From: Monocercomonoides exilis PA203
Lineage: Eukaryota; Protista; Preaxostyla
Direction of reading: 5' to 3'
Length of the DNA: 64,000 nucleotides
Assembly (NCBI GenBank): GCA_001643675.2
Contig: LSRY02000017.1
Coordinates: forward strand, 1,550,001-1,614,000
Made by a program: the position numbers and the translations under genes. This document shows positions 1 through 11,900 of this stretch, one piece after another. The notes under the pieces are model-generated. The model saw nothing but the letters and a program-made list of their open reading frames with translations, ran no database searches and was not told where the DNA came from. Each line of letters begins with the position of its first letter. The first letter of the stretch is position 1.

Positions 1-509
1 GGTTTGCCTTTATCTGTTCAACAGGATAGCCAATGCTTAAAAATGCACAATTTGGGTATTCTGGTGATGTGAATAGTGTAGCAATCGGACTATTCGGTCC
101 TTTCCCTCGGGAATGTGGATTCTGAAATAAAATGAATGATTGCAATTTCGTGTACAAAAGTTATAAAGAAAAAATCAATGTGAAAGTCCAACAAACTTGT
201 TTTTCGTCTGGAGAAATATTAAAAATAGCATGGTCTTGTATTTGTGATCCAAATTTAAAATGCAAAAATGTATGACCAATTCCTATATTTTGGCAATGAA
301 ATAATTTGAACTTTGAAAATTTTAAAGACTTTCAAACCATAAACTCCGATAACAAGTGTAGTGAATTCGGGAAGAGGTTTTTGTTCACCTCCAATCCAGG
401 AAATATTTGGAACAACAGAGATTTTAACAGGAGCATGAAGGCAATCTTCTTCTAAAAGTCCTGAGACTGTATTTTGAGGTTCTTCATCAAGCTCAAAAGT
501 ATAACTCAT
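1..509 (-). CDS. Intron-containing gene running off the window edge; possibly proteasome assembly chaperone 1 (PAC1/PSMG1)-like
   Basis: Spliced reading MSYTFELDEEPQ...TTLVIG|GIGHTFLHFKFG...EKQ|NPHSRGKGPNSPIATLF..., with GT..AG introns. The acidic N-terminus and 'lvIG.G...FL' pattern loosely recall PAC1. Confidence 0.3.
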
Positions 510-764
510 TTTTCCTTTTTGATAAGTTATTTCTAACATGAAGCATTAAAATATAATTTTTAATAAATTCTCATGTAATATATTGAGCAAACATCTTTAT
601 TCAAATAGGAAAATGCAAATTTTATGATCTGAACCATTTTATTTTGAAAAGAAGATCAGTACCATTGTTTTTGTTATAAGTGTGTCAATTAAAAAAGCGT
701 TTTTTCTTTATCGTTTACGTTTCTTATTGTTTGTTTTTAATATTTTTTGATTTATAATAATTAG

Positions 765-2436
765 ATGTCATCTAGCAAACCGCAAAAAGTTTCGCTTGCT
801 GGTGTAGTAATACGGCAGAGGAAGCGAGATGTAAAAACTATTGCAAATCCAACTGGTTTCAAAGAAACGCTTAGCGCTATCGTTGAGCAGTCAATGGCTC
901 CCGATGATGTTTTTAAGCTTTGTGATCAATATGAAGATGAATTGGATTTCCGACGATATGATGAGTATTTTTGGGACCTGTTTCTTGCAGGTGGCACCGG
1001 TGCTTGCATCGGGAAATTTGAAGACGATGTTACTCCTATTAATCAATCATTTTTTGGCATTGAGAAAAAAGAACTTCCAAAGCCTCAGGAACTAAAAGCA
1101 GAAATTGTCACATTGCTTCGTGAATTTGTAAGGTTTGAATTTTGCATCATAAATTTCCGTATTTCAAATTATTTTTTTAATTGCATTTTTGGTTAATGTT
1201 TAGGAGGAAACCTTTCTTGGAACCAACACTTCAAAAAGTGATTGAAATGCTTTTAAATTCATCTTCATTGCTCGAAGAAAAATATCAGACGGCGACAAAA
1301 AGTCTTGTTGCACATTTGCTGGCATGCAGAATTTTAAGGCGTGAGTGTTTGCAAGCAATGTTGAGAAACGAAGCTGCAATTGAATCAGGACAAATGTTGC
1401 AGCAATTAACAGGAATTTTCAAAGCACTTCAGACTGAATGCAATCAAGAAGTTTCTGCAATAGTAAAACTTCTTAACGAAGGGAAAATTATGAACAGGTT
1501 TGTCATTGTCATTTTTCTTATTGTTTTTTACAAATAAATCTTTCTTATGACGCCAACAATATCTATTTTTTGTTTTCTTCTTTGATCTTGAACAAAAAAA
1601 TTATATCTTTAACATGATTTAAAATATTCAGATTGATGGACTTCTTCCCTTCACCAAAAAGAACTCCAGAAGCATTTGCCGAGCACTGGAAAAAGGAAGG
1701 TTTACAAGGACTTTTAGTTGTTGCCCAAAATATAAAGAAGAAGGAACAAGCACAGAAAATCAAGAACATGGTGGAAGAATTTGTCAAGCGAAGAAATGAA
1801 GAAGAGGAAGACTACGACGAAGATGATAACGACGAAAATGATGAGGACGAAGAGGAAGATGAAGCAGCAGGAAGCAAAAAGAAAGGGAAAGGGAAAGATT
1901 CAGCGACATCTTCATCAGTTGCATCGAAGCGCAGCGCGCAGCAGCAGCAGCGTGTGGAGGATGCAGTGAATGAATTCCTGGCTGAGCTGACTGAGCTGCA
2001 GGATGAGGTCGGACTGGACGGAGGAATTCTTCTTTCGTCGATCTTCGAAGGGCTGATGCTGACCATCGACTGGAAGTCAAAGAAGGCGTCGGTGAAAGCA
2101 GAGGCTGCAGCGCAAGTGGTGCGCAAGTGGGGTCCTCCTCTGATGAAGCGCTTTGCCGAAGTGGAGCGGGCAGACGATCCGACACACGGCGGGGCTGCGC
2201 AGCTGAGTCTGATGCAGTGTGTGCAGAACTACTGCTACGAGAAGTCTCCCATCACGAAGGAGTTTGTGCGCCTGGTACACATTCTGTACATGGGCGATGT
2301 GATTGAAGAGGATGTGATCAGAGAGTGGAGCAAGAAGGGTGTTGGTTCGAAGGGAAAGGACTCCTTCAAGAAACAGATCGTGCCGCTTATCGAGTGGCTT
2401 GACATTGCCCCTGAAAAGTCAACAGGCGCTGAATAA
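765..2436 (+). CDS. BZW: eIF5-mimic protein (BZW/5MP), W2 domain; 3 exons (introns ~1133-1203 and ~1498-1631)
   Basis: N-terminal 'QKVSLAGVVIRQRKRD..' and 'LDFRRYDEYFWDLFLAGG' match the BZW1/2 motifs. C-terminal W2 boxes 'LYMGDVIEEDVIREW' and 'FKKQIVPLIEWL'. Confidence 0.9.
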
Positions 2437-2964
2437 ATGATTGCTCACTGAAATATTCATAAAGCAGAATATTTTTTCTTTTTAATTTTTTAAATTTTTT
2501 CTATCTACAATTGGAAATATGCTTTTCTAATTTATCACTTCGCATTCTCTCCAAATCACATTTCTTTTGACTTTTGTTTTTGTCAATAAAGCTCTCTTTC
2601 AGCATTCAAGTTTTCTTTTTCTTTTTCTTCATTTTCTTTGTTCTCTAATTGATGTTCTTAATAGCGATATCATTAAAATAACTTGTGAAACTTTGATATT
2701 TGTTAAAAACTTTCTAAGTTTTTCTTCATATTTCCAGTGAACTTGTTTCAAGACTGGAAAAAAAAAGACTGTGCATTAAGAACGCGTATGTTGCATGATT
2801 AAAGAGGAATAATAAAATGAGTTGAATAAAAAGGAAATTTTGTTCGTGAGATGATTTTTTCCCTTCAATCATGCTTCTGTAAAAACTTACTGTGTTCCAA
2901 TAAATGACTGTTCTTTGTTGCTATTGATTCCATTTATCAGCTTTTTGCTCTGACTCAGATGCAT

Positions 2965-4402
2965 TTAGCAGTCCACCAGCTGCACACGGAACCAGAGTGT
3001 CGCATTTTTTGGAATGTCTGGCGGAGCACCGCGTGCGCCGTAGCCCATTTCTGGCGGGATTGTGAGTGTTCGCACGCCTCCAATCTGCATTCCTGCAACG
3101 CCAATGTCCCATCCGCTGATGACTTCTCCCACACCAAGTCTGAACATGAACGGATGCTTCTTGTCTTTGTTCTGATCAAACAATTTTCCTTTCGCGTTGT
3201 TGAGGCGTCCTTCATACAGCATTTTCACCCTCATTCCTGACGTCGCTTTTTTGCCCTTTCCGACCACCTCGTCGTGTGCAATCACTCCTCCCCTCAAACG
3301 CTGTGTGGTATCCTTTGCTGGCTGCGCTGGTGATGCTGCTTTGGGTTTGTTGTCCTTTTCATTCTTCTTTGGTTCTGGTTTTTTCTCTTCTTTTTTCGAT
3401 TTCTTCTCTGGTGCGGGTTTTTGTTGCTCTTTTTTCGTATTTTCAGATTTCTGTTCAAAAGTTCCTTTTGCTGGTTGTGTAAATGGAGTTTTATCTGATA
3501 ATTGTTTTGAATCAGCAACTTTTTTTGCTTTCTTCGCTTTTTCATCTTTTGCAAAAGGATTTTCCTTATAAAGAATTGCTTTTGTTGTTTTATCTTTTTT
3601 GTCTTTTTCGTCTTCTTCTTCCTCCTCTTCTTCTTCCTCTTCGTCTTCGTCTTCATCTTCTTCATCTTCTTCCTCATCTTCTTCATCTTCTAAATCATCT
3701 TCATCGAGGTCAGATTCGTCCATCCCTAATTCAGGAGGAAGCATCATGCTTGCGCTCATTGTTCCATTTTCAAGATCATATTCAGCAACATCTTTTGTCT
3801 AATGCATTGAGAGCTTTATAATTATTGTAAAATGCAAAATAATAGCACACCACTGAAAATCCAGATACTATCACAGGAACGGGACCATCAGTAGCCATTG
3901 CAATATTAACATCTTTATCTGTCAAACGCAAATTTATTGGAATCTGTGGTACTGAGGCAGATAGCACTCCCAATGAATATTTCATGTTCTAATATAAGAA
4001 AAAATATATGACTAAATAAATGAATAAATGTTGCTGACCGTATTAGTATCTTTCATCCTAAAAACAAAAATTACATTTTATATTAAAAAATAAAAGCAAA
4101 AAGCAAACATTAAACGAACAACTTCTCCCTCCTTAGGGATTTCTTCAACGCACGCCTGAGTTAGTATCACTGTGCAATCTGTATTATTGTGAGTAATGAA
4201 AAAATAATAAATCTTGAAAATGAAAACAGCATTCCTTTAAATACTTGAGCACGGATCTGGTAACCTGGACGAACTTTTGCGGCTATATAATAACAATAAA
4301 GCATTCATACGATTAAAAATTTAAATATTGAAAGAGAAAGCTGAAATAAGCAATCAAAATATTACCGTAAAACATTTGATATTTCTGATGGGATAATCCC
4401 AT
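2965..4402 (-). CDS. Nucleoplasmin-like FKBP peptidyl-prolyl isomerase (FKBP39/FKBP53/Fpr3-4 type), multi-exon
   Basis: C-terminal FKBP domain (YEGRL..GKLFD, FRLGVGEVISGWDIGVAGM..GG.R.LTIPPEMGYG, IPKNATLWFRVQL), preceded by acidic and Lys-rich tracts and an NPL-like N-terminus (VILTQAC, LGVLSASVPQIPINL, VIVSG). The start is at 4402 or 4375. Confidence 0.9.
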
Positions 4403-4836
4403 TTATTCTTTTTTTAATTTTTATCCAATTGAGAGATTAATATTTTTTTCTCGATAATTGAGAACAACTTTTTTTGATATCTATTTGTCTTTTCTCATTT
4501 TTTAATTTTTCTTCGATCTCAAGGCGAATAAATGCAATAGAGTTAAAAATGAAATATTCACTTTGTGTATTTTTTTTTTTTTTTTTTTTTTTGTATTGAT
4601 AAACGTACAATAAAAAGCATAGAGATACATTTAACTTCATGTATTTTCATTAAACCTTCATTCGCCTTACCAGTGATATCGTTTTTTCATTTGTAACTGA
4701 CAAATCAGAGATGTTTCGTTTCTTTCAAAGATAAAAGAATTTATTCCATTTGAAAATATTTCAAATCAAAAATTGAAACTTGTTATTTTTTCCATCTGAA
4801 TCATGAGGTAATTTATTTAAACAAAAAATAATCTTG

Positions 4837-5536
4837 CACTATTTATTATTCTAATTTGGTAAACTAATTATTCAAAATTGTCAAACTTTTTATTCGAAAT
4901 TAATAAACTTCTTATTCAAAATTAATAAATTTGAGTATTTTTATAAAAAAATTTATTTGTGAAAAATTGGTTTTTAGCTGATTGTTAGAAAATGATAAAA
5001 ATATTATATTTTTTCATTATTAATAAAAAGGATGAGATATTGAACCTCTAATATTATTATTTGTCGAAATACATGAAAATTTTTGATTTCAAATGACTTT
5101 TCTTGAATGAATGATGCATAATCGGACAATATGAGGTGAATTCATTTGAAAATTTTCCGATTTTTCAGAAAAAAATCATCATCATGGAAATCGGAATTTT
5201 TTCAAATGAATTCACCTCATATTGTCCGATTATGCATCATTCATTCAAGAAAAGTCATTTGAAATCAAAAATTTTCATGTATTTCGACAAATAATAATAT
5301 TAGAGGTTCAATATCTCATCCTTTTTATTAATAATGAAAAAATATAATATTTTTATCATTTTCTAACAATCAGCTAAAAACCAATTTTTCACAAATAAAT
5401 TTTTTTATAAAAATACTCAAATTTATTAATTTTGAATAAGAAGTTTATTAATTTCGAATAAAAAGTTTGACAATTTTGAATAATTAGTTTACCAAAATCG
5501 AATAATTAGTTTACCAAATTTGAATAACAAATGGTG
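4837..5536. mobile_element. ~700 bp foldback/palindromic MITE-like element
   Basis: 4855-5163 is the reverse complement of 5188-5496 (309-bp arms, 2 mismatches seen near the centre, 24-nt spacer). The pairing extends imperfectly to termini CACTA.../...TGGTG. The right arm has a ~22-bp tandem duplication. Confidence 0.85.
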
Positions 5537-6025
5537 TAGTAATCAAATGTCTGACGAATAATTTTGTTTTCAATGGTGGCTCAGAGGCCCAATTAATATT
5601 TAGAAATTCTTCACTTTTGATTAACTTTTTGTGGTCAAAAAATTCAAATAAAATGGGTTAAATTTAAGAAATATGTGTGAGATAACAAAGAAGTTTGTTA
5701 TTTTTTTTATAATACTAATTTTCAGAATTAAATATTCATTTTATTTAGAAATCTGAGAGAATTTAATAAAGTTATGAATGAATCATTTTTTTTGTGCTTT
5801 GGAAAAAAAAAAAGCTAAAAAGTTCGTATTTTCTCACATATATCAAATTTGAAACAGATATGTGAATTTTTAATCTAAAAATTGACAACATTTATTTTTT
5901 TTATTGCATTTCAATCAACAACGATTATTTTAGGTTCTTCATTAAAATGATATATGGTCAGTGTTAATAATGGTGGACACTTTCAATTACTGTGGACGAT
6001 GGCATTGTCTCAACAACGGTTGATA

Positions 6026-6535
6026 ATTGTATTAAGATAATTAACCCAATTATTCTCTCATTAAATGTGAACAAATGAGAATAGTTTTTATCTTTCGTCC
6101 AACTCAATAAAAATTATTAAAAATTATAAGGTTAGTGTTTTTATTAGCACCAAATTTATGAAGTGAAAAAAATACAAAAAATACAGACTCAATAAGCAAA
6201 AACAAGCAAAACAAGGGTCAAATAGTCTTCTAATTTTTCTTTTTCCTGAACTTTGATTTGTAGAATTTTTACCTTCGATAGTATCTACGTCGTCATGCAA
6301 AATTCTTCGATAAACTCTTTTCTTCTTTGACTAAAATAAAAAAGTTTCTTCAATGTTTTCTGTTTCTTCTTGGGCTTCAGAACATTTCGCACTTGTTCGT
6401 GTAAAAATATCTTCTTCCAACTTTTCTAAGAAATCTTCGTTTGTGAGCAGTTTACTGTAAAAATCAAAACGATTTGTATAAGTTGTTAAAGGAAATGAAG
6501 AGTGTTTGGGTAATTTTCGTAAAACTGGTCCTGAC
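6026..6535. mobile_element. Degenerate 510-bp insert splitting the left TIR
   Basis: Flanked by GATA direct repeats (6022-6025 and 6536-6539). The right end reads GTCAGGACCAGTTTTACGAAAATTACCCAA on the minus strand. The left end has a degenerate copy (GTATTAAGATAATTAACCCAA) that lacks the terminal bases. Confidence 0.6.
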
Positions 6536-8209
6536 GATATGGGTGATTTTTTTTGATATCATAAAAAAATACGACATTTGATCATAACCATATTAAATAT
6601 TTATCAGTTAAAAAAACTCTATCTTACTGGTTTTTTAACAAAAAATTACAACTTTTATTTTGAAAATGATAAAAAATAATTGGTTATTTTTTAATGTTGA
6701 ATAAAGTTCTTAAAAAGTACTTGATAATGTGCATCTTTGTGTTTTCAAAAACTTGAATTTAAAAAATGTCGGAATTATTTATCCAAGAAATTTGGTAACT
6801 TCATTTCGGAAAATACGTGAATGAACTGCAACAGCAGTACTTTCTTTCAATGAATAATCACTTAAAAAAGAAATCCTTGCAACAAGACTGGTTATAATGA
6901 AAACGAATAACGATTTCACTTTCATTCCATCAAATAAAGAACATTAATAAAAAAAAGTCATTTTGTTCGAAAAATGTCACCAAGTTTGATCCAAACAATA
7001 AACTGCAATATCTCATAAACCTTGATTTAACATTAGATGCTATTTGTTGTTCATCGTTGGTTCACTCGCTTCAGGAAGTCTCAATTCTCGATGAGCTGTT
7101 AGTTGAGAAAAAAAATGAAAAAGAAAGAAAGAAAAGCATGACGAAAATTAATGAATTGATAATCAATTCCATTCAACAAATGCATTAATTGTGCATGGGT
7201 CCAAAAGAAATATTTTCAAGATGCGCTATTTGTTCGAGATTCTCTGTAATAACAAAATAACAATAACAAAAACATCAAATTTAAAATGAACATTTAACCA
7301 ATTGAATAAATAAACAAATAAACAAAGAGAGAGATAGAGAGATAGAGAGATAGATAGTCAGATAAATTAAAAACGAAAAAGACAAATATGAATATCAGAA
7401 AAACATCTTATGCAATAACAAATATTCATTATCGAGATCGACAAAAACAAAAAACAATCAAACAAATGCTTGAAAAGAATAGAAAATATAAAAAAAAGAA
7501 AATTGTTATATCAATTCGAAAAAAAAAAGAATTGATAAAAATACAAAAACAAAAAATGAAAAAGGGAGAAAAAATCAAAGGAGAAGAAAAGAATGAACAT
7601 AGCAATAAACGGAATATAAAACACTGAAAGGATAGGAAAGAATTGACAAAAGAATAAAATGAAAGAAAAATCAGAGAAAAAATGGAATATTGAAAAAAAA
7701 CATGGATAATAAAAGATAAAAACAGATAACAAATGAAAAATTGGATATTAGATGTTTGGATAAAAAACATTAAATTTGGATATAAAAAAAGAAAATAAAG
7801 TGAAAGAGAAGGAAAAAATAAAGACTTACAGATAAATGTCAATGATAATAAAAAATAAAATAAAATTGGGGATGAAAATACATGAAGGAAAAAATTTTTG
7901 AAAAATAACGAGAAACTGAAGAAATGAAATAAAAAATGAAAAAAAAAGAATTATTGTGGAGACTTTAAGAAACAGAACAAACGAAAACAAAAAGAAAAAG
8001 AGAAAAAGGAAATTGTTGGGAAAGGTGATTGAAAAATTTAATGACGAAAATCAAGAAAAAAACAAAAAAAGAACAAGTTGAATTCATGATAAATATTAAA
8101 AGAAAAAAGGAAAAGAAGATAAATAAAAAGGAAAGGATAGGGATAAGTGTGCAAAAACAAAGACAATAAGAAAGGTCAACACTGAAAAAATATATGAAAA
8201 GATGAAAAA

Positions 8210-8700
8210 TGAGAAGAGAAGAGAAGAGAAGAGAAGAGAAGAAAAGAGAATAGAAGAGAATAGAAGAGAATAGAAGAAAATAGAAGAGAAGAGAAGAGAA
8301 GAGAAGAAAATAGAAGAGAATAGAAGAGAAGAGAAGAGAAGAGAAGAGAAGAGAAGAGAAGAGAAGAGAAGAGAAGAAAATAGAAGAGAATAGAAGAGAA
8401 GAGAAGAAAATAGAAGAGAAGAGAAGAGAAGAGAAGAAAATAGAAGAGAATAGAAGAGAAGAGAAGAAAATAGAAGAGAAGAGAAGAGAAGAGAAGAAAA
8501 TAGAAGAGAAGAGAAGAGAAGAGAAGAAAATAGAAGAAAATAGAAGAGAATAGAAGAGAAGAGAAGAGAAGAGAAGAAAAGAGAATAGAAGAGAATAGAA
8601 GAAAAGTGAAGAGAAGAGAAGAAAATAGAAGAGAATAGAAGAGAATAGAAGAGAAGAGAAGAGAAGAGAAGATAAGAGAAGAGAAGATAAGAGAAGAGAG
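8210..8700 (+). repeat. (GAAGA)n/(TAGAAGAAAA)n polypurine microsatellite, ~490 bp
   Basis: Pentamer array visible directly in the sequence. Confidence 0.95.
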
Positions 8701-8900
8701 AACAATATTTATTGAAAAGTGTTTATCATTATCGGAGTTGTTTTTTGAATATCAATAATTGTTTAAATCGCGCACCTGGGAGGCAACAGGCCGTATCCAA
8801 GTCCGTATATGAAAGCAACCGCTTTCATATATATTGCCTGTTGTCATGTCCAACCTCAAACCCTTTATGAAGTTGGCTGAGCATGCGCAATGATGCCTCG

Positions 8901-11900
8901 TTATGTGTTAAATGTTGAAGAACAGCAAGAATCAGAAGAATTAAAGGAAAAATCTTGAAAAGAATTGTTTGAAATATTACAAAAACCAAAAGCATCACAA
9001 ACACCGCAACAATTGAAACCACCAAAACCTTTCCCCAACAAAGAATTATTGCATTTATTACAAGAACAATTATTAAAAAAAGAAATCGAATCAAAAACAG
9101 AACAATCTCGAACAAGAACATGCCTTTTTTCAAATAATTCTTTTGTAGTCCTTGACAACGAAAAAGCGTTTGTTGGTTTGATTTGGTTATCAAAAGTTTT
9201 TCTTTCGTTTGTAGTTTTTTCTTTCTTGAACACTGTTTTCACCTCAATTAAAGCTCGCTGAGATAAATGACTGCTCACCGAAGCAGATATGCATTTTCCT
9301 TTTCTTTCGAAGCACAAATAACATTTCATGTGATCAATTATCAATGAGGGCCAAACGGATCTGTTTGATGGTATGTATTCTTCGAAAAATCTTTGATGAA
9401 TTATTCTTTTCATGTCATTTTGAAGGATGTTTGATGAAATTTGTTGTTGATGTTCATTAGCCAGTCTTCGATTGCCACAGAATTTTGAAGAGTTGAAATG
9501 AGCTGAAAAGAAAGACAACAACTGAGGAAGTGTTTCAATATTTTCATCCACGTTATTGTTTATTAAGTTAACCAAAGTTCCGAATTCTCCATCGCAGACA
9601 TTTTTGCCATGATGCTCTGCAAAGAAATTCAGCTCTGTATTTTTTTTGTGAAAAACTTGTGAGTTTGGAGAAAGAATAAAACTCAACAAGAATCGGTTCC
9701 TATTATGTGGACCAGAATCACAAAAAAATTTGACTGTTTTCACATTATTGTAAGCAGGCCTTTTGAAAATAGATTCGAGACAATCAATAACGAAGCGATG
9801 ATCATTGGTTAAGCAATGAGAGAAAAAGTTATAAGTATATTTGGATAAATGACAATCAACAAATTGATATGTGATAACTGTAAATTGAGATATTTGGTTG
9901 TACTGGTAGAATTCTTGCTGAAGTTGAACGTTTCGAAGTGGAAGCTTCCATTTTTCTTTAAAATCAAATACACAAACAACTTCACCTTCTTTGACATTAT
10001 GAACGCAATTATTGTAGTATTCCCTTTGCCAATTTGCAAATAGTTTATGTTCCTTTAAAGATTTCATTGTCGATAATTCCTTTTCGGTCAGAATTTGTGA
10101 GGAATTGGATAATTGATGTTTCTTTTCTAAAGATTGTAAATGCTGACAATAACCACACATGTCCGTCCTTTTCCTTGCTTTTACAAAATTTTTTGTAAGT
10201 TTGTAAAAGTATGATAATGATAGTTTGATACTTGTTTCATTAACAAAATCTTTCCAAAGCTGATTTTTTGGAATGAATATTAGTCTTTTTTCCTCAGGAG
10301 AAAAAATTTGTGGGACATGCCTTGAATTTGTGAACAAATTCTGTTGAAGAAAAGTTGAAGATGTGTTTTTAGAAACAGAGGAAAAAATGTTGCTATTGAT
10401 TGATGAAAATTGAGCTCCTTTTGAAACAGATGAGATTTTGCGGAGTTTAGATGAAGAATTTGAAGCTGAATCAAGTGAGGAAGAGAATGGAAGAGTTGAG
10501 GATTTTTCACTTTTAAATGAAGATGATAAAGGGTTGATTGCCTTTTTATTGTCATGAAATGTTGAGTGAATTGATTTGTTAAGTTCTGGTTTTGAAGAAT
10601 TGTCGTTTTCATTAGAAAATAATGCAAGGGAAGAACATGATGGTTTCCTCGAACAAAACGAAGGAGTTGTGTGATGTGAATTTATTTTGCCTGAAAAATT
10701 CGAATGAAAAAGAATATTCGATGAGTTTTCAACTGATTGCAACGAATGGTGAAATGAATCGAGCACAGCATTTTGAGCTTTTGGCGAAAGAAATAAGTGA
10801 GGTGATTTTGAAGAAGCATTTCCTTTTGTTGAAGTGTAATTCTGCATCTGAACATTGTTTGAGATGAGTGGAGTGGTAGTGTGAATAGTGGAAGGTGAAA
10901 TGATTTCTTTATTATACAGGCTAACAACACGTTTATAATCATCTTCGATTTCATTTGTTGTTTCAGAATCCCTCCTTGTTTTATATTTCAAAATTGACTT
11001 TTCTACCAATGGATTTCCAACCGAATAAACAGAGGTAATAATCTGATTGTTTTTAAAATTAAGCTTTTGAGAAGGAGAAGTTGACAAAGTTGAAGTGAGA
11101 TTTGAAGGAGGTGAAAAGGATGTACGTGAGGATAATAAATCTTTTTCTGGATTTGAAAAAAAAGAAATAGATGAATTGATAGGATTTGGATTATGATCAT
11201 AGAATAATGAAGTTGTCAACTTCCCGTTTTTATCAGTTGGTGAAAGATTGAGATTTCTTATTGGTTGAAATGAAGATTGAATTGATGAAGATGATGAACA
11301 TGAAATGTTTGAAGAGTTGCAATTTTTTGTTTTATTGTTTGGAAAATTAGAAGAAATTGTTTGTTGAGTTTCGAACGGTTGAGATGAAGAATCAATTGAT
11401 TTTGCAAACGAATTTAAAGAAATATCATCAATTCCTCCTTTGAACAAATTGTTAATGTGAGTGGAAGATTCTTCAATTAAATAAAGTGAGAATGATGGTC
11501 TAAATCCTTCATTGAACAATGATTTCCAACTGGAATTATATTCTTCTCTTCTCACAGAACGAGTACAACCATCATTACAGATAGTCCAATATTCTTTTGG
11601 TCCATCCTCTGAAAGAACAAATGATATGTAGTGGCCATGGTTTTGGTCTATTCTTTTGAAAAGAATTTGTCCCATAAACTTGTAACATGCATTTTGAATT
11701 GATTTAACTGAAGTACTGATTCTTGAAAAATGTTCATTGCACGACTTGTGAACAGTTTGACAGTTATTTTCATCTGTATCAAAAATTATCATCTTTGGGG
11801 GAATGACGTTGGGAGAATAATTGCATTCGTGAGATATCCCTAATAGTTTCGGAAATTTTGATATGACATTCCATTTTTGAAATTCACACTTTTCCTGACA

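Noticed and set aside
6760-7250. Short ~70-codon open stretch inside the element
   Set aside because: No start context or motif; too weak to call even as a pseudogene.
7388-8705. ORFs 7388-7627, 7429-7842, 7511-7732 and 7965-8705 (F/L/S- or K-rich)
   Set aside because: Artefacts of A-rich DNA and the (GAAGA)n array.
8901-10300. Possible Fanzor/TnpB RNA-guided nuclease
   Set aside because: No RuvC motifs; the motifs fit an RNase H-like Sola DDD transposase.
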